From the NCBI GenBank assembly GCA_041746715.1, contig JBGTGN010000032.1:468-64467 (forward strand): 64,000 nt of DNA. The letters are read 5' to 3'. The position numbers and the translations under genes are program-made. Origin of the DNA: Pirellulales bacterium (GTDB lineage: Bacteria > Planctomycetota > Planctomycetia > Pirellulales > UBA1268). How positions within the stretch are numbered: position 1 is the first letter of the stretch; every line of letters begins with the position of its first letter. A model generated the notes under the pieces. It made no database searches. It saw nothing but the letters and a program-made list of their open reading frames with translations, and had not been told where the DNA came from. Positions 1 to 9,010 of the stretch are shown here, piece after piece.

Positions 1-336
1 TCAGCCCCCGCCGTTGCCGCCGCGCCGGCCCCAGCCCTTCAGCCTGCAGCCCCTGCAGCTCCCGTCACGGCATCCGATGCGTCCGACGCTAGGATGCTCG
101 TGATCAAAAGCCCTATGGTCGGAACCTTCTACAAGGCTTCTGGCCCCGACACCCCAGTTTTTGTGAAGGTTGGCGATCGCATCGGACCCGAAAAAACGGT
201 CTGTATCATTGAGGCCATGAAGGTCTTCAATGAGATCCCGGCGGGAGTCTCCGGGCAGGTCGTGGCGATTCTGGTCGAGAACGGTGCGCCCGTCGAGTTC
301 GGCCAGGCTCTCATGAAAGTCGATCCGGGAGCCTGA
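1..336 (+). CDS. accB: Biotin carboxyl carrier protein of acetyl-CoA carboxylase (5' end outside window)
   Basis: Frame 1 is open from nt 1. An Ala/Pro linker ([21 protein letters not shown]) is followed by a biotinyl domain with SPMVGTFY and the [12 protein letters not shown] biotinylation motif. It sits directly upstream of accC. Confidence 0.88.
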   Translation, partial: SAPAVAAAPAPALQPAAPAAPVTASDASDARMLVIKSPMVGTFYKASGPDTPVFVKVGDRIGPEKTVCIIEAMKVFNEIPAGVSGQVVAILVENGAPVEFGQALMKVDPGA

Positions 337-402
337 CGCCCTGGGGGAATCGAACGCCCAAGGTGAGACATCCAGGCGCCCCTTGCCCACCGTGAGCACG
401 CC

Positions 403-1746
403 ATGTTCAAGCGGATTCTGATTGCCAACCGTGGTGAGATCGCCCTTCGGGTGATCCGAGCCTGCCGCGAGCTTGGTGTTGAAACGGTCGCGATCTACAG
501 CGAGGCCGATCGCGACGCGCCCTACCTCGAGCTTGCCGACGAGGCGATCTGCGTTGGCACGGCGAAAGCAGCCGACAGCTACCTGCGGATCGACCGCGTG
601 ATCAGCGCCGCCGAAATCGGCAACGTGCAGGCGATTCATCCAGGCTACGGCTTCCTCTCTGAGAACGCCCATTTCGCCGAGGTCTGCCGATCCTGCGATA
701 TCGGGTTTATCGGCCCCACGCCTGAGGCGATGGAAATGGTGGGCGACAAGAACTCAGCCCGGGCGCTCGCACGCCGAGCAAACGTGCCCACGGTGCCTGG
801 GAGTCAGGGCCTCCTGGCCAGCGAGCAGGATGCCCTGCGGGTGGCCAAGGAGATCGGCTTTCCGGTGCTCTTGAAGGCAACAGCGGGCGGTGGTGGGAAG
901 GGCATGCGGGTGGCCGCCAATGAGCTCGCGCTCGCCGGCGCCTGGCAGCAGGCCTCCGCCGAGGCCCAGGCTGCTTTCGGCAATCCCGGCATCTACATCG
1001 AGAAATACGTCGAGCGGCCACGGCACGTCGAAATCCAGATCCTTGGCGACCAGCACGGCCAGGTGTTTCACCTCTGGGAGCGAGACTGCTCTACCCAGCG
1101 ACGACACCAGAAGCTCATCGAGGAAAGCCCGTCCTCACGGCTTCCCCAGGCGACTCGCTTGGCGATGGCCGAGGCCGCCGTGCGGCTGGCCAAAGAGGCA
1201 GGCTACTTCTCTGCCGGCACCGTCGAGTTCATCGTCGATCAGGAAGACAACTTTTACTTCATCGAGGTCAATGCTCGCATCCAGGTGGAGCATCCGGTAA
1301 GCGAGATGATCACGGGCATCGATCTTGTGAAGTCACAAATTCGCGTGGCCGCTGGTGAGAAGCTCGACCTAAAGCAGGACGATATTCTCCCCCGCGGGCA
1401 TGTCATCGAGTGTCGCATCAATGCGGAAGACCCAGCACACAATTTCCGGCCCAATCCTGGCCGCATCGAACGCATTTTCGCGCCAGGAGGTTTCGGAGTC
1501 CGCTGGGATTCGCATGCGACCACGGGCTACGTTGTGCCCCCCTACTACGACTCCCTCATCGGCAAGCTGATCGTCCATCAAGCCACCCGAAAGGACGCCA
1601 TCGACACGATGATCCGGGCACTCGGAGAGCTTCGGGTGGCCGGCATCGCCACCACGGTGCCGCTCCACCTCGATGTGCTCGCCAGTTCCGCATTTCACGA
1701 AGCCCGAATGGACACGACGTTCGTCGAGCGCATGCTCGCCAGCTAG
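403..1746 (+). CDS. accC: Biotin carboxylase subunit of acetyl-CoA carboxylase
   Basis: 447 aa. N-terminus is [25 protein letters not shown]. It has the ATP-grasp glycine loop GGGGKGMR and the [14 protein letters not shown] motif. Confidence 0.96.
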   Translation: MFKRILIANRGEIALRVIRACRELGVETVAIYSEADRDAPYLELADEAICVGTAKAADSYLRIDRVISAAEIGNVQAIHPGYGFLSENAHFAEVCRSCDIGFIGPTPEAMEMVGDKNSARALARRANVPTVPGSQGLLASEQDALRVAKEIGFPVLLKATAGGGGKGMRVAANELALAGAWQQASAEAQAAFGNPGIYIEKYVERPRHVEIQILGDQHGQVFHLWERDCSTQRRHQKLIEESPSSRLPQATRLAMAEAAVRLAKEAGYFSAGTVEFIVDQEDNFYFIEVNARIQVEHPVSEMITGIDLVKSQIRVAAGEKLDLKQDDILPRGHVIECRINAEDPAHNFRPNPGRIERIFAPGGFGVRWDSHATTGYVVPPYYDSLIGKLIVHQATRKDAIDTMIRALGELRVAGIATTVPLHLDVLASSAFHEARMDTTFVERMLAS

Positions 1747-1778
1747 ACACATGCTCGCCGGGTAAACCAGGAGCCCCC

Positions 1779-3089
1779 ATGTCCGAGTCCCTTTCCCGTT
1801 CACCTCAGGCAATGCACCACTTCCGGCGGGTCGCAATCCTCTTTGCCGGAGGCCCCGCGCCGGGCGCCAACGCTGTCATCTCGACGGCGGCCATGTCGTT
1901 CATGCGGCAGGGCACCGAAGTCATCGGCATGAAACACGGCTATTCGTCGCTGGCCCATTACTCGCCGGCCCAGCCGCTTGTGGCGGGCCGTGACTACATC
2001 AAAATTACGCCCGAGTTCCTGAAGCGCACTCGGAGCGCCCAGGGGATCATGCTCGGCACCGCCCGCACAAATCCCGGCAAGCATGTCTCGTCACCGGCCC
2101 ATTTTGACGATCCGGAACGCACCAAGCTCCTCGCGAATGCGTTTGCTGGCCTACGAAGCCTTGGCGTCGAGGCGCTCATCTCCATCGGCGGCGACGACAC
2201 ACTGAAGACCGCCAACAAGATCAAGCTTTTCCAAGATCGCCTCCCCGCTGATGAGCCCCGGATTCCGGTTGTCCATCTCCCGAAGACGATCGACAACGAC
2301 TACATGGGCATCGATTTCACGTTCGGCTATTTCACGGCCGTCGATACCCTCGGGGGCGAGATCCGAAACCTTCTCTACGACGCGGAGGCCAGCCGCGGTT
2401 ACTTCCTCTGCGAGACGATGGGCCGCAGCGCCGGCTGGCTTTCCTACGGTGCCGCAATCGCCGGTGAGGCAAGCCTTGTCATCAGTGTCGAAGACATCCA
2501 CGGCCTGTACCGTAGCGAGGAGACCGTCACGAATCCCGATGGGACGACCCGGATCAAGCCGGTCATGAACATCGACCTCGTGGTCCAGCGGATCGTGAAG
2601 ATGATGCGGGTTCGCGAGGAACAAGAGGGGAAGCAATACGGCGTGATCGTGCTGGCTGAAGGGCTCGCCGAATTCCTTCCGGCCAGTAGCCTTGAGGGCA
2701 TTCCGAGGGACGAACACGGCCATATCTCCATCTCACACGTCCAACTCGGCAAGATGTTTGCCAGGCTCGTCGGTGAGGAGTTCAAGAAGCAGACGGGCCG
2801 CAGCCGCAAGGTCGTTGGCCTTCAGCTCGGCTACGAGGCTCGGTGTGCCAAGCCCCATGCCTTCGACATCATGCTTGGCAGTCAGCTCGGCGTGGGCGCC
2901 TACCGAGCGCTCGCCGAACGTGGCCTCAACGGCGTGATGGTGAGCGTGTCGGGCCAGCTCGACTTGAACTACGTGCCGTTCGAGGAGCTCGTGAACCCGG
3001 ATACGCTTGTGACCGTGGTGCGATACGTGGAGCGGGGCAGCGATTTTCATCGCCTCGCCCGGTTCCTCGAGACGTATATCCATGAGTAG
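1779..3089 (+). CDS. pfp: Phosphofructokinase, PPi-dependent type by signature residues
   Basis: The 1410 ORF is trimmed to ATG 1779 because its upstream part overlaps accC. PFK-family motifs are FAGGPAPGAN, GGDDT, PKTIDND and MGR. Asp in GGDD and Lys in PKTIDND replace the Gly/Gly of ATP-dependent enzymes. Confidence 0.85.
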   Translation: MSESLSRSPQAMHHFRRVAILFAGGPAPGANAVISTAAMSFMRQGTEVIGMKHGYSSLAHYSPAQPLVAGRDYIKITPEFLKRTRSAQGIMLGTARTNPGKHVSSPAHFDDPERTKLLANAFAGLRSLGVEALISIGGDDTLKTANKIKLFQDRLPADEPRIPVVHLPKTIDNDYMGIDFTFGYFTAVDTLGGEIRNLLYDAEASRGYFLCETMGRSAGWLSYGAAIAGEASLVISVEDIHGLYRSEETVTNPDGTTRIKPVMNIDLVVQRIVKMMRVREEQEGKQYGVIVLAEGLAEFLPASSLEGIPRDEHGHISISHVQLGKMFARLVGEEFKKQTGRSRKVVGLQLGYEARCAKPHAFDIMLGSQLGVGAYRALAERGLNGVMVSVSGQLDLNYVPFEELVNPDTLVTVVRYVERGSDFHRLARFLETYIHE

Positions 3090-3098
3090 CAGCCGCCA

Positions 3099-3695
3099 TC
3101 ACGACTGTGTGAGCGTACCCTTCGTACTCGGGATACCCGGCTGACGGAGATCGACCTCGACCGCCATACGGAGCGACCGGGCGAGGCCCTTGAAGACCGC
3201 CTCGGCGATGTGATGGCCGTTGCGGCCGTGGTGAAGCACGGCGTGAACGTTCGCGCCGGCGGTGGCGGCAAAGCTCTCCCAAAACACCTCAACGAGCTGG
3301 GAATCAAACGTGCCGATCACCGGCACGGAAAATTCGACGGCGAGCACGCACGCAGCCCGGCCACCGAGATCAACCGCGGCGGTGACGAGCGATTCGTCCA
3401 TCGGCAGCACGCAGTGCCCATAACGGCGGATACCCCGGCGGTCGCCGAGCGCCTCGGCCATGGCGAAGCCGAGCGCACGCCCGACGTCCTCGACCGTGTG
3501 GTGGCCATCGACATGGGTATCGCCCTTGCAGGACACCGTCAGGTCAACGAGGGCATGCCCGGCTAGAAGTGTGAGCATGTGGTCGAAGAAGCCGATGCCA
3601 GTGGCAATTTCGGCGAGGCCCGTGCCGTCCAGATCGAGTGACAGACGAATATCCGTTTCTTTTGTCGTGCGGGTGACCGTGGAGGCGCGGGGCAT
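3099..3695 (-). CDS. hisB: Imidazoleglycerol-phosphate dehydratase
   Basis: 198 aa. Carries RTTKETDIRLSLDLDGTG, the histidine-rich metal motifs DTHVDGHHTVEDVG and LHHGRNGHHIAEAVFK. It is the last gene of a hisD-hisC-hisB string. Confidence 0.94.
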   Translation of the reverse strand: MPRASTVTRTTKETDIRLSLDLDGTGLAEIATGIGFFDHMLTLLAGHALVDLTVSCKGDTHVDGHHTVEDVGRALGFAMAEALGDRRGIRRYGHCVLPMDESLVTAAVDLGGRAACVLAVEFSVPVIGTFDSQLVEVFWESFAATAGANVHAVLHHGRNGHHIAEAVFKGLARSLRMAVEVDLRQPGIPSTKGTLTQS

Positions 3696-3742
3696 GAGAG
3701 GTGATGGCGTTTGAGGGTGTGGGAAGGGTTTGGAAAAGGCCG

Positions 3743-4819
3743 TCAGAGCGTCTTCATGATGGCGAGAAAGGCATCGATTTCATCGTCGGTGCCGACGGAG
3801 ATGCGAAGGCCGTCGCCCCAGCCCGCGTACGGCATATAGCGGACCAAGATCTGTCGAGATCTGAGCGACTCGTAGACCGGCTTGTGAGGCCTTTCGGGGT
3901 GTGTACACCAGACGAAGTTTGCCTGACTCTCGATCGCGTCGTAGCCCAGCGCCCGCATGGCGTCGGTCAGTCGGCGACGGGTGGCGATGATTTTGGCCCG
4001 GTTCGCGGTAAGCCAGGCCTGGTCGTCGATGGCGGCGGTCGCGGCGGCGATCGAAAGCGTGTCGCAGTTGTATGAGTCTTTGACTTTGCGAAGCTCGGCA
4101 ATCATGTCGGGCTGCGCGACCGCAAAGCCGAATCGCAGGCCGGCAAGCGAGTACGACTTCGAGAACGACCGCGTGACGATGACCCGTTCGCACTGCTTCA
4201 CGAGCTCAAGGCAATTCGTGTCGGCAAAGTCGCCATAGGCTTCATCCACGACGAGCGGACACGGCAGCCGCTCGGCAAGCTCGAAAACGCGTGCCGACGG
4301 CACGACCGTTCCCGACGGGCTGTTGGGATTCGCGAGGAACGCGAGCCGGAGGCCATTCCTCGGTGTGGCAAACGCATCAGAAAGTGACCAGTCGCGTTCG
4401 TAGGGCACCTCTTCGCAGTGCGCCCCCTGAAGGCCGGCAAGCGTGCGATAGAGGATGTAGGTCGGGGAGGCAATGCGAAGCCATTCGCCTTCACCAACGA
4501 ACGTTCGTACGAGGATCGTGAGCAGATCGTCCGAACCGTTGCCACAGAGAATCCAGTCGGGATCGACGCCGAGCACCTCTGCCGCCCGCATCCGAAATAC
4601 TGTGGCAAGCGGATCGGGATACTTGGCAAGCGTGCGGCCCTCGGCCGCAGCCGCGATGGCCCTTGCGACGGTTGGTGACGGTGGATACGGATTCTCGTTG
4701 GTGTTGAGCTTGATCCACTTGCCAGCCTGCGGCTGCTCGCCAGGCACATAGCCGGCAAGCTCCGCGATCACGGGGCGAACGAGGCACGAGGCCGTGGATG
4801 GGGTGGTGGTGGCTGGCAT
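3743..4819 (-). CDS. hisC: Histidinol-phosphate aminotransferase
   Basis: 358 aa class-II aminotransferase. Motifs are LNTNENPYPPSP, LANPNSPSG and the PLP-lysine motif SFSKSYSLAGLRFG. It lies between hisD and hisB. Confidence 0.92.
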   Translation of the reverse strand: MPATTTPSTASCLVRPVIAELAGYVPGEQPQAGKWIKLNTNENPYPPSPTVARAIAAAAEGRTLAKYPDPLATVFRMRAAEVLGVDPDWILCGNGSDDLLTILVRTFVGEGEWLRIASPTYILYRTLAGLQGAHCEEVPYERDWSLSDAFATPRNGLRLAFLANPNSPSGTVVPSARVFELAERLPCPLVVDEAYGDFADTNCLELVKQCERVIVTRSFSKSYSLAGLRFGFAVAQPDMIAELRKVKDSYNCDTLSIAAATAAIDDQAWLTANRAKIIATRRRLTDAMRALGYDAIESQANFVWCTHPERPHKPVYESLRSRQILVRYMPYAGWGDGLRISVGTDDEIDAFLAIMKTL

Positions 4820-4902
4820 GGCAGAGGTTCGAGGGGAAAACTCCTGAATCCTACCTCACGTCGGGGCTCATCTCGGACCGACTGCTGCGACCCGCCGAAT
4901 CG

Positions 4903-6261
4903 CTACAGTCGGACTTCAACGCTGCGGCGGTGGGCGGTGAGGCCTTCCACATCGGCGAGGGTGGTAATGTCGGCGGCGATGTCAGCGAGGTCGGCCTTGG
5001 CCAGCGCGATCACACTGCCGCCCCTCAAAAACTCGTTCGCCGAGAGGCCGGCCGCGAATCTCGCGGTGCCGCCGGTGGGAAGCACGTGCGACGGGCCAGC
5101 CGCGTAGTCACCCGCGGCCACAGGGCTGGACGGCCCAAGGAACGCGGCGCCCACATGGCGAATGCGAGCGAGCGTGGCCTCGGGGTCCCGGGTGTCGATT
5201 GAAAGGTGCTCGGGAGCGAGCTCGTGGGCGATGGCGGCCGACTCCTCGTCGCTTGGCGTGACGACAATCCCAGCGAACCGCGCGAGGCTGTCACGCGTGA
5301 GGTCGGCACGCTCGAGTACGGCAAGTTGTGTCGCGAGGGCTGCGGCCACGGCGTCTGCAAGCGTGCGGCTCGATGTCAGGAGAATCGCGGAGCCTGGCGA
5401 GTGCTCGGCCTGGGCGAGCATGTCGGCAGCCACAAACTCTGGATTCGCCGCGTCGTCGGCCACGATCACGATCTCGCTTGGGCCGGCGATCGAGTCAATG
5501 GCCACGTCGCCGAAGACATATTCCTTGGCGAGGGCCACGAAGAGGTTGCCAGGGCCCACGATCTTGTCGACGCGAGGGAGCCCTGCGACACCGTAGGCGA
5601 GTGCGGCAACCGCCTGGGCGCCGCCGGCCCGCACGACCGTCGTGACACCGAGCTCGTGGCAGGTGGCGAGCACGAGCGGATGGTCGGCGCCGAAGCGCGT
5701 CGGTGGCGCGACCACGACAATCTCCTCGACTCCCGCCACCTGGGCCGGCACCACGGTCATCAACAGCGTCGAGGGATAGGCCGCGGCGCCCCCCGGCACG
5801 CACACACCGACCCGACCGAGTGGCATGTACCGCTGACGGAGCGAACCGCCGCCAGCCAGCGGCACGGTGACATCGCGAGCAAGCACCGCCGACTGGAATC
5901 GGATCACGCGCTCGCGAATCCGTCGCACGGCGGCGAGGAAGTGAGGGTCGGCTTCGGCATGGGCGGCGGCCAGTCGCTCAGGCGTGACGACGAGCGTCTC
6001 GGGCGTGACATCGGCTCGGTCAATCCGTCGCGTATAGTCGAGGACCGCCTCGAGCCCCTTGGCCCGTACGTCTTCGCAGATCTTCTGGACAACCTGACGC
6101 GGCGATAGCGGCTCGCCAAAAACGTCGATCGTTCGCTGGCGACTCGCCGGGGTGACCATGTCGCCCTGCGAAACCAGCTTGTTCCGAAGCACCTCGAGGC
6201 GACTTCGGCCCTCTGGCTCGGCCAGATCAATCCGCTCGCAGAGTTTCGGTTCGGCTGTCAT
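4903..6261 (-). CDS. hisD: Histidinol dehydrogenase
   Basis: 452 aa. Motifs are GPGNLFVALAKEYVFG, IDSIAGPSEIVIVAD, AQAEHSP and PSHVLPTGGTARF. Confidence 0.95.
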   Translation of the reverse strand: MTAEPKLCERIDLAEPEGRSRLEVLRNKLVSQGDMVTPASRQRTIDVFGEPLSPRQVVQKICEDVRAKGLEAVLDYTRRIDRADVTPETLVVTPERLAAAHAEADPHFLAAVRRIRERVIRFQSAVLARDVTVPLAGGGSLRQRYMPLGRVGVCVPGGAAAYPSTLLMTVVPAQVAGVEEIVVVAPPTRFGADHPLVLATCHELGVTTVVRAGGAQAVAALAYGVAGLPRVDKIVGPGNLFVALAKEYVFGDVAIDSIAGPSEIVIVADDAANPEFVAADMLAQAEHSPGSAILLTSSRTLADAVAAALATQLAVLERADLTRDSLARFAGIVVTPSDEESAAIAHELAPEHLSIDTRDPEATLARIRHVGAAFLGPSSPVAAGDYAAGPSHVLPTGGTARFAAGLSANEFLRGGSVIALAKADLADIAADITTLADVEGLTAHRRSVEVRL

Positions 6262-6309
6262 GCCAAACTAGGATACTCACGCTGCCTGCGATGGGGAGAT
6301 GGCACGGGC

Positions 6310-7305
6310 TTAGTCGCGTTCGGCAGTGCTCCCACCGGCAAGTGCCGCCAGCGGCCCCGAGGGTCGGCCGGCCCAGCGTTCCGCGAGAATCGCGATCGTT
6401 TCTCCGGCTGCGGCATCGCCAACAGAGGCATCGGCACCGATCTCGCGAAGAATCGCCAAGCCCCTGGCCACAAGCGGAGGTGGCACCGACGGATCGGTCC
6501 CTTCCATGGGCCGTTGCCCGAGCCTGCGGTCAAGTGCCACAGCACGGTTGGTGGCATCGTCAGCTTCTTTACGACGCCCAGCGGCAGCCAGGGCGATCGC
6601 ATGCCGAAGATGAATATCGGGATCGTCCTTCGCAGACGCCGCTGCCCGGCCGTATGCAGACGCTGCGGCTGCGAGTCCTTGACGCACGCCCTTGGATTCG
6701 ACGAGCTTCCGATCGCCGTCGGCCACGAGCCGTGCTGCCCGTGAACGTGCCGTAGGAGACACTGAAACAGGAACGCTTGCCCGCTGTGGCCTGGCTCTTG
6801 ATGCGGTCGCATACGACGTGCCACCTGGTACCCGTGCGGCCATCCCATGCCCGCCAGCCGCCGCGTTTCCCCCAAGCCATGGCACAGGCACGGCATAGGG
6901 AACCGGCACTGCGTAGGGCACCGGCCATGGCACGATGCCGCCGGAGAAGAACGTCGCTCCACCGCCACCTGGGGTTGCCAGGTATACCGACTGAACTCCT
7001 GAGGACCACGACGATCCATACCATCCGCCCGAGCCGCACAGAGGCCGGCAGAAGGACGCACGCGGGTAACATGGCCCGCAGAATTGCGGTGGGCATACAG
7101 GTCGCGGCGCACAGGCGTAACCGCTTTGCCATCCACGATACCCCTGGTACTGGCGGGAGAACGCCATGCTATAGCCCGCCGCAAATCCGGCGTTGCCATA
7201 TGCAAAATCACGGCAAGGTCTACCTGCCATCGCAGGAATTCCTGCGATCAGTGACCCGCACGCAGCCAAAAGAACCATAACGCTGCGAACAAATAGCCGA
7301 GGCAT
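6310..7305 (-). CDS. Hypothetical exported protein (Cys/Gly/Tyr-rich N-terminal half, Ala-rich helical C-terminal half)
   Basis: Start is set at ATG 7305, preceded by AAGGAGG with a 9-nt spacer. It has a hydrophobic signal-like N-terminus (MPRLFVRSVMVLLAACGSLIAG). I recognise no family. Confidence 0.55.
   Translation of the reverse strand: MPRLFVRSVMVLLAACGSLIAGIPAMAGRPCRDFAYGNAGFAAGYSMAFSRQYQGYRGWQSGYACAPRPVCPPQFCGPCYPRASFCRPLCGSGGWYGSSWSSGVQSVYLATPGGGGATFFSGGIVPWPVPYAVPVPYAVPVPWLGGNAAAGGHGMAARVPGGTSYATASRARPQRASVPVSVSPTARSRAARLVADGDRKLVESKGVRQGLAAAASAYGRAAASAKDDPDIHLRHAIALAAAGRRKEADDATNRAVALDRRLGQRPMEGTDPSVPPPLVARGLAILREIGADASVGDAAAGETIAILAERWAGRPSGPLAALAGGSTAERD
6877..6921 (-). repeat. 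In-frame tandem repeat encoding VPYAVP-VPYAVP-VPW inside the 6310-7305 CDS
   Basis: The peptide VPYAVPVPYAVPVPW is read directly. The DNA unit is an imperfect 18-nt repeat (ggcacggcatagggaacc / ggcactgcgtagggcacc). Confidence 0.8.
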
Positions 7306-7314
7306 GTGGCACCA

Positions 7315-7321
7315 CCTCCTT
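7315..7321 (-). promoter_or_regulatory. Shine-Dalgarno AAGGAGG for the 6310-7305 CDS
   Basis: The plus strand reads cctcctt. The minus strand therefore reads AAGGAGG, 9 nt upstream of ATG 7305. Confidence 0.6.
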
Positions 7322-7512
7322 GGGATTTCACAACGCTCCACGAATCTTTGCGATCATACGAAAGGACTGCCTTGGAGGCCACGTCTCGGTCAGAGAACGC
7401 GTCAAGAAACGACGATTCCCCACGAGGCAAGCTGTTTCAGGTATCCTCAAGGCCTACAAAACCTTGCGTTTTCTTTGGGGACACCTGCCTCATCCTCACA
7501 GGGAGCTCACGA

Positions 7513-8148
7513 ATGACCCATGCTGTTCTGGAACGTATCGATCTCGGACTGCCTGAGCATGTCGAGACTCGGCTGCGGCGGCTACGACGACCGGAGCGAA
7601 TTCAGAGCTTCATCAACCGCATCCCGTGGAATGGGGAAGAGGATGGCCACACCGCCCGCTCGGTTGTCGGGGTGCTGGAACATCAAGCCGCCCACTGCAT
7701 CGAAGGGGCGTTTGTGGCGGCCGCGGCACTGGCCCTTGCAGGACATCCCCCCCTTTTGATGGATATGGGTGCGGCCCGTGGCGACGTTGATCATGTCGTG
7801 GCTCTTTTCCGTCGCCGTGGCCACTGGGGAGCCATCTCGAAGAGCAACAGCCCCCTGCTCCGCTACCGGGACCCGATCTATCGGTCGCTCCGCGAGCTCT
7901 CGCTCTCGTTCTTTCCGCAGTATGTCAAAGGCCGCCGCAAGACCCTTCGCACCTATTCCGTGTCGGTCGATCTTCGGAAATATGACCCGTCGCTGTGGAT
8001 CACTCATCCTGGGCCGGTGTGCGAGGAGATGGTCGATGTTCTTACGGTTGCACGGCACTTTCCGATCGTGCCCCCCGAGGCGGAGCATGACCTTCGGCCG
8101 ATCGATGAGATCGAGGAGCAGAGCAGCCTCATGAGCGAGCACGACTGA
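7513..8148 (+). CDS. Hypothetical protein, possible papain/transglutaminase-like cysteine peptidase fold
   Basis: Trimmed to ATG 7513, with GGGAG 8 nt upstream. AAHCIEGAFVAAAAL is followed by DVDHVVALF and HWGAISKSN, which resembles a Cys...His...Asp/Asn core. Composition is protein-like. Confidence 0.5.
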   Translation: MTHAVLERIDLGLPEHVETRLRRLRRPERIQSFINRIPWNGEEDGHTARSVVGVLEHQAAHCIEGAFVAAAALALAGHPPLLMDMGAARGDVDHVVALFRRRGHWGAISKSNSPLLRYRDPIYRSLRELSLSFFPQYVKGRRKTLRTYSVSVDLRKYDPSLWITHPGPVCEEMVDVLTVARHFPIVPPEAEHDLRPIDEIEEQSSLMSEHD

Positions 8149-8188
8149 CGACGATCGCTTCGGAATGGTGACCGCCTCACCGGCCGCA

Positions 8189-9010
8189 TCAGCTCATCGC
8201 GGCCTGCCCCAAAAGTTTCCGCAGCGCCGTCATGGCGATCTCGCCAAACTGCCGCGGGGGCACGCGCCACATTCGGGGGTCATGGAGCTCGACCGTCACC
8301 CCACCGGCATAGCCGATCTCGCTCAGCCGCCGCACGAGGTCATCGGCCGGCGACGAACCTTCCCCCGGCAGAATACGATCGGCGTCGCTGGCCATCTCAC
8401 GGGGCACATCGGCAATATCCGAGAGTTGCACATGCGCGAGGTTCTCGTGTGAAAGGAGCCACAGATCCATCGGCTTGCTCGGCCCGACTGTCCAGTGGAA
8501 CCAGTCGAGGCAGAGTCCCAGGTGGGGGCTACCCACATCCTCGACGAGTGCAACGGCCGACTGAAGGTTATTCGGAAAGCTCGCCCTCCCATCGAACTCG
8601 AGCGCGAGCCTCACTCCCACATCTCCCGCCCGTTTCGCGGCCTCGACAAGGCTCGCCGAGAGTCGCCCGAGATCCTGTGGGCCAAGCGGCCCATGCGCAT
8701 CGCCAGCCACCACGAGCACCGGGATGCCAAGGTCGTGGCATAGCGAAAGCCTCCCCTCAAACGTCTTCCAGTGTTCCTGCCTCGCCTCGCCCTGGCTTGT
8801 CAGAAGGCCACCTTGAAAACTTGCCGCGATGGGCGCGATGCCATGCTGCTCAAGCACCGCACGGAGATCAGCCCGCGACCGGTCCTTCAGGAACGCGTCA
8901 GCCTGGCCCAGCCAGACATCCACCGCATCGACATGCCCCGCCGCATAGTCCGCAAGCACGGTCTCGAGCGGGGAATCGAGCGAGCAGACTGTTGAAATAC
9001 CAGGTCTCAT
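8189..9010 (-). CDS. Sugar phosphate isomerase/epimerase (xylose isomerase-like TIM barrel) family protein
   Basis: 273 aa with periodic barrel motifs (VLVVAGD, RLALEFD, LGLCLDWFHW, HVQLSD). Its ATG overlaps the glyQS stop (ATGA at 9007-9010). Confidence 0.72.
   Translation of the reverse strand: MRPGISTVCSLDSPLETVLADYAAGHVDAVDVWLGQADAFLKDRSRADLRAVLEQHGIAPIAASFQGGLLTSQGEARQEHWKTFEGRLSLCHDLGIPVLVVAGDAHGPLGPQDLGRLSASLVEAAKRAGDVGVRLALEFDGRASFPNNLQSAVALVEDVGSPHLGLCLDWFHWTVGPSKPMDLWLLSHENLAHVQLSDIADVPREMASDADRILPGEGSSPADDLVRRLSEIGYAGGVTVELHDPRMWRVPPRQFGEIAMTALRKLLGQAAMS

Noticed and set aside
1-672. A 223-aa minus-strand ORF at the left edge.
   Set aside because: It is antisense to accB and accC, both of which are unambiguous.
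1410-1778. N-terminal extensions of longest ORFs: pfp from 1410, the ubiA-like gene from 12815, glyQS to 10959, flhA to 43406, the HEAT protein to 50947, the FG-GAP protein to 48918, and others.
   Set aside because: The extensions overlap upstream genes, are Arg/Pro-rich, and precede internal starts that reproduce the family N-termini or follow SD motifs or stop/start overlaps. I trimmed them.
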